Positions 22,358 to 32,856 of a DNA stretch of 64,000 bases are shown here, piece by piece. The stretch covers positions 1 through 64,000 of the forward strand of contig CAWJKZ010000018.1 in the NCBI GenBank assembly GCA_963843575.1, in the 5' to 3' direction. The DNA is from an uncultured Acidobacteriota bacterium (GTDB lineage Bacteria; Acidobacteriota; UBA6911). The translations under genes and the position numbers were made by a program. The notes below the pieces were generated by a model. The model saw nothing but the letters and a program-made list of their open reading frames with translations. It was not told the origin of the DNA and searched no databases. How positions within the stretch are numbered: position 1 is the stretch's first letter; every line of letters begins with the position of its first letter.

Positions 22358-24529
22358 ATGGAACCGGATGCGCCAAAGGCAACGCTCAGCAGACGTGATC
22401 TCGGTCGGCTCGTCCTTGCCACGACGATGATCCGCGCCACTCGTGTAACCGCCGAGCCGCAAGAATGGACTGTGGGGGCCGCGGGCATCAAGCAGAAGCT
22501 CGTGCTCGAAGAAGGCCGCTTTACCTGCAGGTCGCTGCAGAACAGCGGTCCCGGACGCGAGTGGATTCACCCTGCCGAACCGTCAGACGAGTTCCTGCTG
22601 GAAATCTCGGACGCCGATAATCAGGAGTATACCCTGACCGGAACAAGCGGCTGGCGCCTCTCCGGTCATGACGAGAAGCAGGGTGAAAGGGGGGCCAGGG
22701 TCAAGGTAATCACTCTGGATTCCGCGTCGCACCCCATCCGCGTTTCGCGCCATTACGTCATGCAGGAGCGGTTGCCCATTGTCCGCCAGTGGACCGTGGT
22801 GACCAACACCGGGGACCGGCAGCTGAGGATCCGACGGCTGGACACGTTCCGTCTGCGCGTCAGCCCGATACCTGCTGCGCTCGATTTGCGCTGGATCAAC
22901 AATTTCGGCCGCGCCATGATTCCCAGCCCGGGCAACCCGATTCAGCTGCGCGCCATCGATGAGAATACCGAACAATCCGTCCGCACAGGGCCCTACTCAC
23001 CGGACTGCGCCTGGTTCAGTCTCGGCATCCCCGGCGTCTTCGAGAGCCTGACAGGCGGTTGGGAGTGGTCGAGCCCCATGGTGATAACGTTCCGCGGCGG
23101 CGTCGATCCGTGCCTCATTTCCGGCGGGCTTGATCCGGACGGGATGACGGAGGCTCTGGCACCCGGCGCGTCCATCTCTTCACCGGTGGGCTGGTACGGG
23201 TTTGTGAATGGGGATCTGGACGACGGAGCGGCTCTGTCCCACGCTCTGGTTCGCACCCAGCTGGGTCCCGCGCTCCCGGAGGCGCAATTTCCCTGGGTGG
23301 GTTACTGCACCTGGGCGACTGCGCTTGACGCGGAGCGCAACCCTGCGAATGAGGCGGGTACGCACCCCTGGTTCTCTACCGAAAAGAACCTGCTTGGACA
23401 GGTCGATGCCGCTGCTGCGATCGGGTGCGAGCTGTTTCTCTGGGACTACGGATGGTTTCCACGCCTCGGTGACTGGTGGTTCGATCAGGCGCGCTTCCCA
23501 CAGGGGCCGAAAAGGGTCAGCGCGGCAGTCCACGAGAGGGGGATGAAACTCGGCCTGTGGTTCGGGTTCGGGAATCCGGCAGAAGACTCCCGGGTAGCCC
23601 GGGAACACCCAGGCTGGCTCGCCGAGTACCATGGGAAGCCGATCCCGGACGATTTCTTCATCCGCACGGGGGCCTCCACGTGGAAGACGCGGATCCTGTG
23701 CCTGGCGCACCGTCCGGCACGCGAGTGGGTGAAGCAGCAACTCACGCGAGTCATCGAAGAAGCGGAGATCGACTGGCTTAAACACGACTTCGACCTCCTT
23801 ACCGTGTGTCAGTCCCGACACCACACCCACACGCCCGGCGATGGGAGAATAGCCGCCTGCGAAGCCTTTTACGAAATCATGGATTTTGTTCGCGAACGCT
23901 ACCCGGGCGTGCTGTGCGAGCACTGGATGAACGACAGCGCCACTCCAGACTACGGTGTCGTCCGGCGTCATCACGTGCAGCTGATCGGAGATGCCTACGA
24001 CTCCTTCAGGCTGCGGCAAATGGTTTTCGGGCACCTGCAGATGTTTCCGCTCGATCGTCAGCACCGGTACCTTCGGCTCGAGGATTCTCGGGGTGATATG
24101 ACAACCGTCCTGCAAAGCTCGATGATCGGGGGACCCTGGACACTGCTGAGTGACCCCCGGCTGCTGGCGCCAGAGCAAAAGGTCGCGCTCGTCAGGGAGA
24201 TCGCACTCTACAAGCAGCTTCGGGAATTCTTTGCCGGGGCAAGGGTCCACCGGCTGATAGGCCGCCCCCATCCCCGAGCCTGGGATGCGGTAGAGCTTTG
24301 GGACGAGGTGCGGGGCGAGGGAGTGGTATATGTGTTCCGCAACCAGCACCCGGCGTCCGCATGGACCATCCCGCTCAAAGGCATCCGGCGGGACGCCGCG
24401 TACGTTGCGGAATTCCGCCGAAGGCCAGGATCTGCCCGCTTCAGCGGGGCGCAGCTTCTCAACGACGGCATTCGCGTTGAATTGCCCCGACAGAATATGT
24501 GTGAACTGATTACGTTACGTCGGGCTTAG
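22358..24529 (+). CDS. GH36 alpha-galactosidase-like, Tat signal
   Basis: SRRDL; YCTW; WDYGWF; RFPQG; KLGLW; DWLKHDF; C-terminal GH36-like beta domain. Confidence 0.85.
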   Translation: MEPDAPKATLSRRDLGRLVLATTMIRATRVTAEPQEWTVGAAGIKQKLVLEEGRFTCRSLQNSGPGREWIHPAEPSDEFLLEISDADNQEYTLTGTSGWRLSGHDEKQGERGARVKVITLDSASHPIRVSRHYVMQERLPIVRQWTVVTNTGDRQLRIRRLDTFRLRVSPIPAALDLRWINNFGRAMIPSPGNPIQLRAIDENTEQSVRTGPYSPDCAWFSLGIPGVFESLTGGWEWSSPMVITFRGGVDPCLISGGLDPDGMTEALAPGASISSPVGWYGFVNGDLDDGAALSHALVRTQLGPALPEAQFPWVGYCTWATALDAERNPANEAGTHPWFSTEKNLLGQVDAAAAIGCELFLWDYGWFPRLGDWWFDQARFPQGPKRVSAAVHERGMKLGLWFGFGNPAEDSRVAREHPGWLAEYHGKPIPDDFFIRTGASTWKTRILCLAHRPAREWVKQQLTRVIEEAEIDWLKHDFDLLTVCQSRHHTHTPGDGRIAACEAFYEIMDFVRERYPGVLCEHWMNDSATPDYGVVRRHHVQLIGDAYDSFRLRQMVFGHLQMFPLDRQHRYLRLEDSRGDMTTVLQSSMIGGPWTLLSDPRLLAPEQKVALVREIALYKQLREFFAGARVHRLIGRPHPRAWDAVELWDEVRGEGVVYVFRNQHPASAWTIPLKGIRRDAAYVAEFRRRPGSARFSGAQLLNDGIRVELPRQNMCELITLRRA

Positions 24530-24598
24530 ATCTCACCCATGGAACGGCGGTCCCCAGCGGGACACCGATCATGAGGTGGTCATCTATGGGGCATTTGT

Positions 24599-25630
24599 AT
24601 GGAGCACGAAATCAAGACAACGGTTGTCGGCAGCTACCCGGTTCCTTCGTGGCTGGTTGGTAACACTGCGCGCGGTGTGCTGCGAGACGCTGTCATGACG
24701 GTCCTGAAGACACAGGAGCTCGCGGGGTTGGACCTCATCAGCGATGGCGAGTTGCAGCGATTCGATCCCAGCCACCCCGAAACCAATGGGATGATCGATT
24801 ATTTCGTAGCGCACATGAATGGCATCCAGACCCGGTTTTCGATGACCGATATCGCACGTTTCCGCTCCGATCCCGGGGTCGGTTACCGGGCTGTTCCTGC
24901 GGGCGTCGTAACTGGCCCGATCACGGAGGGGACCCTCAATCTGCCTGATGATTTCGCCTTTGTCCGCAGCCTGACACACTCTCCCCTGAAATTCACGTGC
25001 ACGGGCCCCCATATGCTGGCCAAGGTCCTTACCAACCGCCATTATCGAGACCTGAGCGAATTGTGCATGGACATTGCCCGGGTCCTGCGCAAGCAACTCG
25101 AGCCGATCGATGCGGCCGTCGTGCAGCTCGACGAGGCAAACATCAGCGGGCATCCAGAAGACTCTCCGTGGGCTGCCGAGGCGATCAACCATGTGCTTGA
25201 AGGCATACGGATCGAGAAGGCCGTACACATATGTTTCGGCAATTACGGGGGGCAGACGATCCAGAAAGGGCTCTGGCGCGACCTGATACCGTTTTTGAAC
25301 ATGCTGCGAACCGATCATCTCGTCCTCGAGTTTGCCAGGCGCGGTTATGACGAGATCTCGGCTTTCCTCGAACTCGATCCGGCAATTGCTCTCGGTGCCG
25401 GCGTCGTGGACATCAAGGACAATGAGGTCGAATCGCCCGACCTGATCGCGCGGCGTATCGAGAAGATCACCACGGTGCTGGGAGCCCAAAGGCTCCGATA
25501 CGTTCACCCCGACTGCGGTCTCTGGATGCTTCATCGCAGCATCGCGGATCGCAAACTGAGGTCCCTTGTTCAGGGGAGGGATCTCTTTGAAGGAAGAAGT
25601 CCCCAACGAGAAGCGAAGATTCCGAACTGA
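24599..25630 (+). CDS. Cobalamin-independent methionine synthase II family (MetE C-domain-like) Zn enzyme
   Basis: TTVVGSYP, GLDLISDGE, VQLDEA, VHICFGNY, LE, HPDCG (Zn ligands His/Cys/Glu/Cys). Confidence 0.88.
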   Translation: MEHEIKTTVVGSYPVPSWLVGNTARGVLRDAVMTVLKTQELAGLDLISDGELQRFDPSHPETNGMIDYFVAHMNGIQTRFSMTDIARFRSDPGVGYRAVPAGVVTGPITEGTLNLPDDFAFVRSLTHSPLKFTCTGPHMLAKVLTNRHYRDLSELCMDIARVLRKQLEPIDAAVVQLDEANISGHPEDSPWAAEAINHVLEGIRIEKAVHICFGNYGGQTIQKGLWRDLIPFLNMLRTDHLVLEFARRGYDEISAFLELDPAIALGAGVVDIKDNEVESPDLIARRIEKITTVLGAQRLRYVHPDCGLWMLHRSIADRKLRSLVQGRDLFEGRSPQREAKIPN

Positions 25631-25642
25631 GGGCAGGCACGC

Positions 25643-26695
25643 ATGAGATACCTGGTTGCAGTCGTTTTGTTCCTCTCCACGGCCCTTTGCGGTGCAGAGC
25701 CTGAGAGCATCGTCCTCCTGGTCACGATGGACGGCATGCGCTGGCAGGAGGTTTTCGAAGGAGCCGACGAGGGCCTCATGCCGGCAAAGGATGAAGGCCT
25801 GCGCCGCGAGTTCCTGCGGGATACCCCACAGGCCCGTCGCGAGATTCTCCTTCCGTTTCTGTGGAGCGTGGTTGTCAGGAAAGGCCAGGTTTTCGGAAAC
25901 CAGTCGATAGGGAGCGTCGCCCGTCTGACGAACGGCAGGAAGTTCTCCTACCCGGGGTATCAGGAACTGCTGACCGGATTTCCGGACGCGCGGATAGACA
26001 GTAACCACAAAGTGCCGAACCCAAATGTCTCGGTATTGGAGTGGCTGAACCGCAGGCGTGGGCTTGTGGGGAGAGTGGCTGCATTCGGTACGTGGGACGT
26101 CCTGCCGTATATCCTGAATCGCGAAAGAAGCGGGTTGCACATCCTTGCAGGGAGCGAACCGATCCTGGACAATCCGCTTTCGGAGCGGCAGGCGACGATC
26201 AACGACCTGCTTCGCGACACCATCGCCCCGTGGGGAGAAGGCAATCCGTTCGACAGCTTTGCGTTCCACGCCGCACTGGATTATCTGCGGCGCCACCAAC
26301 CGAGAGTACTTTATCTGCAGTTCGGTGAGACGGACGAGTGGGCACATCAGGGTAACTACAAGCTCTACCTGCGGGCCGCCCAACTCGAGGACCGAATGAC
26401 TCGGATGCTGTGGGAGTGCGCCCAGTCGATCGCTCCGGGGAGGGTTTCCCTCGTGTTGACGACCGACCATGGGCGCGGCACCGGGGAGAAGTGGATAAAC
26501 CACGGGGATGTGGAGGGGGCGGAGAACATCTGGATCGCCGTTGCCGGGCCGGACGTTGCCCCCCTGGGTGAACGCAGGGCGACCTCGCCCGTGACCCAGG
26601 GACAGGTCGCCGCGACTGTTGCCCGTCTTGCCGGAGAAGATTATACGGCGTCCGTCCCGCAGGCAGCCGCGCCATTGCCTCTGGACCGCGAGTAG
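25643..26695 (+). CDS. Secreted alkaline-phosphatase-superfamily protein
   Basis: Signal peptide; [30 protein letters not shown]. Confidence 0.85.
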   Translation: MRYLVAVVLFLSTALCGAEPESIVLLVTMDGMRWQEVFEGADEGLMPAKDEGLRREFLRDTPQARREILLPFLWSVVVRKGQVFGNQSIGSVARLTNGRKFSYPGYQELLTGFPDARIDSNHKVPNPNVSVLEWLNRRRGLVGRVAAFGTWDVLPYILNRERSGLHILAGSEPILDNPLSERQATINDLLRDTIAPWGEGNPFDSFAFHAALDYLRRHQPRVLYLQFGETDEWAHQGNYKLYLRAAQLEDRMTRMLWECAQSIAPGRVSLVLTTDHGRGTGEKWINHGDVEGAENIWIAVAGPDVAPLGERRATSPVTQGQVAATVARLAGEDYTASVPQAAAPLPLDRE

Positions 26696-26720
26696 AACTC
26701 GAACATTCCAGGAGATCGAT

Positions 26721-27467
26721 ATGGGTAACGACCGAGTGGCAGTTGTCACGGGTGCCGCGCGTGGCATCGGCAGGGCCATAGCCTCACGCCTGATTGAGGA
26801 CGGGCTCTCGGTTTGGGTGGCTGATGTGGACGAAGAGGGAGCGATCGACGCCGCGCGGGCGCTCGCGGGGGTCGACGGCGCGCATTCGTTTGCCGTTCGG
26901 GTCGACGTTTCCGACGCGGAAAGCACGCGGGAGATGTCCCGCAAGGTGATGGAGCGTTCGGGCAGGATCGATGTTCTCGTGAACAATGCCGGTATCGCAG
27001 GAATGGCGGCTCCTTTGAGCGAATATCCCGAGTCGGAATGGTCAAGGGTGCTCGCCACCAATCTGACCGGGGTGTTCAATTGCTGCAGAGCGGTGCTTCC
27101 GGTCATGACCGGGCAGGGTTCGGGAAGGATCGTCAACGTGGCTTCAATCGCCGGCAAGGAGGGTAACCCGAACATGTGTGCCTATTCTGCTTCGAAGGCC
27201 GGCGTGATCGGGCTGACGAAGTCCCTTGCCAAGGAAGTTGCTACCCGGGGAATTCTGGTCAATTGCGTTACGCCGGCCGTGATCGAAACCGAGATCCTGT
27301 CACAGCTCACCGAGGAAGCCGTCAGGTACATGGTCTCAAAAATTCCGATGTCCCGCGTGGGCCAGCCGGCAGAAGTGGCCGAGTTGGTAGCATGGCTTGC
27401 ATCCGATCACTGCACCTTCTCCACAGGAGCAGTGTTCGACATCAGCGGCGGTCGCGCGACCTATTAG
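26721..27467 (+). CDS. SDR oxidoreductase (2-keto-3-deoxy-sugar-acid dehydrogenase-like)
   Basis: [41 protein letters not shown]-terminus. Confidence 0.9.
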   Translation: MGNDRVAVVTGAARGIGRAIASRLIEDGLSVWVADVDEEGAIDAARALAGVDGAHSFAVRVDVSDAESTREMSRKVMERSGRIDVLVNNAGIAGMAAPLSEYPESEWSRVLATNLTGVFNCCRAVLPVMTGQGSGRIVNVASIAGKEGNPNMCAYSASKAGVIGLTKSLAKEVATRGILVNCVTPAVIETEILSQLTEEAVRYMVSKIPMSRVGQPAEVAELVAWLASDHCTFSTGAVFDISGGRATY

Positions 27468-27522
27468 CTATAGCTAAGTACTCATGTTCATAAATACGCC
27501 AACGTTTCCAGGACGCGGTTGA

Positions 27523-28430
27523 CCGCGTAAGGTAAAGGTATTCAGCCGAGCCGCGAGTTCGACCTAGGTGACCAGTTGGAGTCGGCACATGGCTGCTATC
27601 CCGGCCGACAACAACCGCGGGGAAAGCAGGGAGCGCCCCTCAGCAGGGCATGATGTCCCCTGCTTCGCTCGGTAGTGAAAGCGGGGGCCGTCACCTGGAC
27701 ACACCTCATGCTGCAGCGCGGCGCGCGAGATAGTATGGCCGCTTGCCGGTACTAGTAACGCAGTATGCCGCCCAGTCGCTCCCGGCACGCTACGTCACCG
27801 GCTGTGCGGCCCATTTCTTCTCCCGGCTCAATCAATCGGTTACCAAGCCCTTGGTAGTTTCGCTCGGCGTGAAAATGGATTCACGAACTCGGTTACGGCG
27901 ACCTGCAGCGATCTCATCCTCGTCGAGGAGCGCTGCGACTTCACCAAGTCCGAGGGTACAGAGGAAGCAGGCGTCTGGGATGGAAGGTGGGTGCACAATG
28001 TCGCTCAGGCACGCTTTTACTATGCCGCGGGCGAGGGTTGGAAGCCTTACGAGAGCAAGTACGAAGGAGCCGATCCGGGACGTCCGGATCCCGGCGCGCA
28101 TGATGTCCGGGACGGCATGAAGCTCGGCTGGAAACGGCCCATCGCCGAAGCCGCGGCGTTCCAGTCCTTCTTTGCTATCGCCGAGGCGGGCAGAAAACTG
28201 CTGCAAGGCTGGATCCAGAAAGACAACGACCTCGCCATGACCGCCTGGGGGGATATTTGCCGGTACAACACGTTTCTTGCGGATAATGAGGACCTCTACA
28301 CCGATGTGCGGACCCTGAGCAACATCGGGTTGGTGGCGCATGACCCCGGTTTCGTATCATATGGATCCATCCTGGCGTCCGTCTTAACTGCTTGAATTTA
28401 CAGCCTTAAGAGGTATTGGCGACACACAGG
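27523..28430 (-). mobile_element. Internally deleted integrase-core (rve) IS remnant carrying a captured gene fragment
   Basis: Minus strand 27915-27737 encodes RSLQVAVTEFV/HFHAERNYQGLGNRLIEP...CRERLGGILRY*YRQAA (rve transposase C-terminus). End-like sequences lie at 28339-28430 and ~27523 (TTTACCTTACGCGG). Confidence 0.65.
27915..28339 (+). repeat. 425-bp direct repeat, copy of 55031-55455
   Basis: Sequence from CATCCTCGTCGAGGAG to TTGGTGGCGC matches the interior of CDS 53964-56087; I saw no mismatch. Confidence 0.95.
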
Positions 28431-28556
28431 CCTCTGGGGTCCCGCTCTTGCTGAAGGCGTACAGGAAAGTCCTTGAAAACGAGCTCGGCCGCAGCTATAA
28501 ACGAGCGGAGGCGCACGCCGGTCGTGGGCCAAACGTACTCTGGGAGATCCCGCACC

Positions 28557-31500
28557 ATGTCGGTCTACGCCCAAACCCGCGTTAGTCCGCGTCAGCTTCC
28601 CGACCACCTGATCCGCGTGCTGCGCCGCCACGCCGACGAACGCCCGCGGCAACCGGCCTGCATCCATCTGCTCAACGGTCAGGCCGATCAAGCCAGTCTG
28701 ACTTACGCCCAGCTCGATCGGCGAGCCCGAGCCATCGCGGCTCGCTTGCAGGACATGGGCGTTGCCAGCCAGTGCGTGCTGCTGGTCTATCCGCCCGGCC
28801 TCGACTTCATTACGGCTTTCTTCGGCTGCCTGTACGCCGGTTGCGTAGCGGTGCCGACCTACCCGCCGCATCGCCACCGCATGCTCGATCGCTTCCAGGC
28901 CGTCGCCGCCGATGCCGGGGCCCGCATCGCCCTGAGCAATGCCTCGAGCGCGGTTCAGTTCCAGGCCATGATGGAAGCGGGGAAAAGCGGTCAAGCGGCC
29001 ACTTCCTCCCAGCTCTCGTGGCTCGCCACCGACGAGATTCCCGACGCCTTGGCCGAGCGTTGGCAAGAACCGGCCATCGCCCGCGACACGCTGGCCATGC
29101 TCCAGTACACTTCCGGCTCGACCAGCCGGCCCAAGGGCGTCATGCTCAGTCACGCGAACCTCATGGCCAACATCCGCGCCATCGATAAGGCTTTCGGCCT
29201 ACAGTACGAGGACAGCAGCGTGTTCTGGCTGCCCATGTACCATGACATGGGGCTGGTGGGCGGCGTTCTGGTCCCGGTGTTCAGCGGGGTGACAAACGTC
29301 TCCATCTCGCCGTCCACGTTCCTCCAGAGCCCCATCACTTGGCTGGCCGCCATCAGCAAGTGCCGGGCCACCATCTCCGGCGGGCCCAACTTCGCCTACG
29401 ATCTTTGTATTCGCAAGATCACCGACGAGCAGCGTGCCACCCTCGATCTTTCCTCCTGGGCCCTGGCCTTCGTCGGCGCCGAGCCCATTGAGCCCGGAAC
29501 GCTCGAACGCTTTGCCGCCGCGTTCGCCCCCTGCGGCTTCAAACCCGGCGCCTTTTATCCCTGCTACGGTTTGGCGGAGGCGACGCTCATGGTCAGCGGC
29601 CCGAGGCGCGACAGCGGCGCGACCGTCGGGACCTTCCGCGACACGGCGCTGACCGAAAACCGCGTTGAGCCCGTGCCCAACGATGCGCCGCAGGCTCGTC
29701 GCCTGGTGGCCTGCGGATCGCCCGTCGGCGGTCTACGCGTGGTGATCGTCGACCCGCACAGCCGCGCGGAGGCCGCCCCTGGCCGCGTGGGCGAAATCTG
29801 GCTTGCCGGCGCGTCGGTCGGTCAGGGCTACTGGAACAAGCCCGGCCAGACCCGGCGTTCCTTCGACGCCCGCCTGAGCGACACGGGCGAAGGCCCGTTC
29901 CTGCGGACCGGCGACCTGGGCTTCATGCGCGAAGGCCAACTCTACGTCACCGGCCGGCTGGACGACCTGATCATCGTCCGCGGCCTGAACCGCTATCCGC
30001 AGGATATCGAAGCCACCGCCCGCGGTAGCCACCCACTGCTGGAAACCGGCTACGGAGCTGCTTTCGTTGCGGACGATCACGGCAGCCAGCGCCTCGTTCT
30101 GGTGCAGGAGGTCGCGCGCAAAGGGAAGGTTAATTTCGCGCCCGTGCTGGATGCGGTTCGAGGGGCGGTGCTCGATGAACATGGCTTGGCCCTGGACGCG
30201 GTCGTGCTGGTGCGCAACGGTACGATTCCCAGGACCTCGAGCGGCAAGATCCAGCGCCATGCTTGTCGTGCTGCCTTCCTGGCCGGGAAGCTCAAGGCCC
30301 TCGCCGAACACCGCGGCTTGCCGGTCGACAATGCCGGCCCGAGAGCCGACACCCGCCCTGGTACCGAAGACGCGGGGTCTTCCACTGCGCGTCCCACCCC
30401 GCACTCTTGGCAAGCCGCTCTGGCCGCCGTCCGCCAGCACGCCTGCGCCTTGGCCGGCGCAGCCTTGCCCGACCTGACACCGAACATGCCCCTTGCCGCC
30501 TTGGGCCTGGATTCGCTGCAGCGCCTGGACCTAGTGGCCAGGCTGGAGAAGACCTTCGCCGGCCGCCTGCCCGACACGGTGTTCAGCCAGGCCCGGACGC
30601 TGGAGGATCTGGTCGAAGCCGTGCAGAAGCACCTGATCGATGTCCCCAGGCCCGATGTTCCCGCCGGCCAGATCCCGCCCGAACACTATGATTTGGCCCG
30701 CTTCCCCGAGTACGGCGAGTCGAAGCGTCAGGAACGCCAGCTGCTGGCGGTCGGCGACAACCCGTATTTCCGCGTCGACCAGGGCGGAGCTGGAAGCGCA
30801 CTCTGCATCGAGGGGCGCCGGCTCGTCGACTTCAGCATCTATGACTACGTCGGTCTGGCCCACGATCCGGAGGTCGCCGCCGCCGCCAAGGCCGCGATCG
30901 ACCGCTATGGCACCAGCGCCGGCGCCAGTCGCCTGGTCTCCGGCGAGAAAGAGGTGCATCGTGATCTGGAGCAGGCACTGGCCGCCTTCCTGGCCACCCC
31001 GGCCGCGATCGCCTTCGTCTCCGGCCATGCCACCAACGTCACAACCATCGGCCACCTGCTCGGGCCGGACGATCTGATCCTCCACGACATTCTGGCCCAC
31101 AACTCGATCGTCCAGGGCGCCATGCTTGCCGGCGCTACGCGCCGCGCCTTTGCCCATAACGATTGGCAGGCCCTCGACACCCTGTTGTCCGAGGTGCGCC
31201 ACCGCTATCGCCGCGTGCTGATCGCCATCGAGGGCGTGTACAGCATGGATGGCGACTTCCCCGAACTGCCACGCTTCCTGGAACTCAGGAAGAAGCACAA
31301 GACGCTGCTGCTGGTCGATGAGGCGCACTCACTCGGCACCATGGGGGCGACCGGCCGGGGCCTCGGCGAGCACTGGGGCGTGGCCCGCTGTGACGTCGAT
31401 CTGTGGATGGGCACGCTTTCCAAGTCGCTGGCCAGTTGCGGCGGGTTCATCGCCGGCTCGACCGAGCTCGTCGAGTACCTCAAGTACACCGCCCCCGGGT

Positions 31501-31919
31501 TTGTCTACAGCGTGGGAATCTCACCGCCCAACGCCGCCGCAGCGCTGGCCGCCCTGACGGTCCTTCAGCGCGAGCCGCAGCGCGTGGCCCGGCTGCGCGA
31601 GTTGGCGACATTGTTCCTGAAACTGACCAGGGAGCGCGGCCTGGACACTGGTTCGGCGGCCGGCACGCCCGTAGTTCCGGTCATCGTCGGAAGCTCGGTC
31701 AAGGCCTTGCGCTTGTCACGCGCCTTGTTCGACCGCGGCTTCAACGTCCAACCGATTCTGCCTCCGGCAGTGCCCGACCGCTCCGCCCGCCTCCGCTTCT
31801 TTATCACCACCAATCACAGCCAGGAACAGATCCGCGCCACGGTCCACGCCACGGCCGACGAACTGGTCAAACTGCAACGAAATGGATATGAGCCGCCGAT
31901 CCATGACGAACCGCGCTGA
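28557..31919 (+). CDS. Fused fatty acyl-AMP ligase - ACP - alpha-oxoamine synthase (serine palmitoyltransferase/AONS-like)
   Basis: FAAL motifs LQYTSGSTSRPKG, WLPMYHDMGL, CYGLAEATL, RTGDLG, PRTSSGKIQR. ACP LGLDSL. AOS motifs DYVGL, SGHATN, HNS, EGVYSMDGD, DEAHS, GTLSKS (PLP Lys). Alternative start 28473. Confidence 0.92.
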   Translation: MSVYAQTRVSPRQLPDHLIRVLRRHADERPRQPACIHLLNGQADQASLTYAQLDRRARAIAARLQDMGVASQCVLLVYPPGLDFITAFFGCLYAGCVAVPTYPPHRHRMLDRFQAVAADAGARIALSNASSAVQFQAMMEAGKSGQAATSSQLSWLATDEIPDALAERWQEPAIARDTLAMLQYTSGSTSRPKGVMLSHANLMANIRAIDKAFGLQYEDSSVFWLPMYHDMGLVGGVLVPVFSGVTNVSISPSTFLQSPITWLAAISKCRATISGGPNFAYDLCIRKITDEQRATLDLSSWALAFVGAEPIEPGTLERFAAAFAPCGFKPGAFYPCYGLAEATLMVSGPRRDSGATVGTFRDTALTENRVEPVPNDAPQARRLVACGSPVGGLRVVIVDPHSRAEAAPGRVGEIWLAGASVGQGYWNKPGQTRRSFDARLSDTGEGPFLRTGDLGFMREGQLYVTGRLDDLIIVRGLNRYPQDIEATARGSHPLLETGYGAAFVADDHGSQRLVLVQEVARKGKVNFAPVLDAVRGAVLDEHGLALDAVVLVRNGTIPRTSSGKIQRHACRAAFLAGKLKALAEHRGLPVDNAGPRADTRPGTEDAGSSTARPTPHSWQAALAAVRQHACALAGAALPDLTPNMPLAALGLDSLQRLDLVARLEKTFAGRLPDTVFSQARTLEDLVEAVQKHLIDVPRPDVPAGQIPPEHYDLARFPEYGESKRQERQLLAVGDNPYFRVDQGGAGSALCIEGRRLVDFSIYDYVGLAHDPEVAAAAKAAIDRYGTSAGASRLVSGEKEVHRDLEQALAAFLATPAAIAFVSGHATNVTTIGHLLGPDDLILHDILAHNSIVQGAMLAGATRRAFAHNDWQALDTLLSEVRHRYRRVLIAIEGVYSMDGDFPELPRFLELRKKHKTLLLVDEAHSLGTMGATGRGLGEHWGVARCDVDLWMGTLSKSLASCGGFIAGSTELVEYLKYTAPGFVYSVGISPPNAAAALAALTVLQREPQRVARLRELATLFLKLTRERGLDTGSAAGTPVVPVIVGSSVKALRLSRALFDRGFNVQPILPPAVPDRSARLRFFITTNHSQEQIRATVHATADELVKLQRNGYEPPIHDEPR

Positions 31920-32856
31920 ACACGTAATCGAAGTCGAGAAACTGACGAAGCGGTACGGGGATTTGCTGGCGGTTAACGACATATCGTTTAGCGTCAGGAA
32001 AGGCGAAGTTTTCGCCTTGCTGGGCCCGAACGGCGCCGGCAAGACCACTACTGTCGAGATAATCGAAACTATCCGCACGCCCACATCGGGGAAAGTGAGC
32101 CTTCTGGGGATGGACGTCACGAAGAAGAAGCACGACATCGTCCCCCGCATCGGCGTCCTCCCGCAGGGTTTCAGCTCGTTCGACAGGATAACGGTCAGGG
32201 AGACCATTCAGTACTACTCGCGGCTTTTCTGCTGCAAAGGCACCGATGTTGACAGGCTGATAGAGCTCGTCAACCTCAAGGACAAGACCAAAGAGCAATA
32301 CAAGAACCTCTCTGGGGGCTTGAAGCAGCGCCTCGGAATCGCGATTGCGCTCGTCAACGACCCCGAGGTCCTGTTCCTCGACGAGCCGTCGACAGGGCTC
32401 GACCCCCGCGCACGGCGCGAGGTGTGGGAAGTCCTGCTGGGCCTGAGACAGAAGGGGACGACGGTTTTTCTCACCACGCACTACATGGAAGAAGCGGAGC
32501 TTATTGCAGACACTGTCGCAATAATCTCGACGGGGAAGATCATTGCGATGGGCACTCCCGGGGAGCTCACCGTAAGCAACGCGAATTACCTGGTCCTCAC
32601 GCTACAGTCCGTCGATGAAAAAGTCTTTGAAATCGTCAAGAAAATGGGCTTCGAGCCCGTCCATGACGACCACAAAGACATCAAGGTCAGGGTGGAGTAC
32701 ACGGACGACATCCAGAAGATACTGAACGCCATCAAGGACGCCGGGGCGTTGTTCCTCAGCTTGGACGTTCGCAAGCCCAACCTCGAAGAGGTCTTCCTCA
32801 AGCTTACTGGCGACGCGCTCTGCGAGGGTCCTGCCGGGGGAAGGGGGGCGGAATGA
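31903..32856 (+). CDS. ABC-2 exporter ATP-binding subunit
   Basis: GPNGAGKTT, LSGG, LDEP, TTHYMEEA; overlaps the upstream stop codon. Confidence 0.93.
   Translation: MTNRAEHVIEVEKLTKRYGDLLAVNDISFSVRKGEVFALLGPNGAGKTTTVEIIETIRTPTSGKVSLLGMDVTKKKHDIVPRIGVLPQGFSSFDRITVRETIQYYSRLFCCKGTDVDRLIELVNLKDKTKEQYKNLSGGLKQRLGIAIALVNDPEVLFLDEPSTGLDPRARREVWEVLLGLRQKGTTVFLTTHYMEEAELIADTVAIISTGKIIAMGTPGELTVSNANYLVLTLQSVDEKVFEIVKKMGFEPVHDDHKDIKVRVEYTDDIQKILNAIKDAGALFLSLDVRKPNLEEVFLKLTGDALCEGPAGGRGAE

Noticed and set aside
24584-27175. 863-aa minus-strand ORF
   Set aside because: Antisense shadow of three well-supported plus-strand genes in GC-rich DNA.
30700-31919. bioF (biotin synthesis) call for the AOS domain
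   Set aside because: Fused to FAAL-ACP, no bioABD nearby, and the context is lipid biosynthesis.
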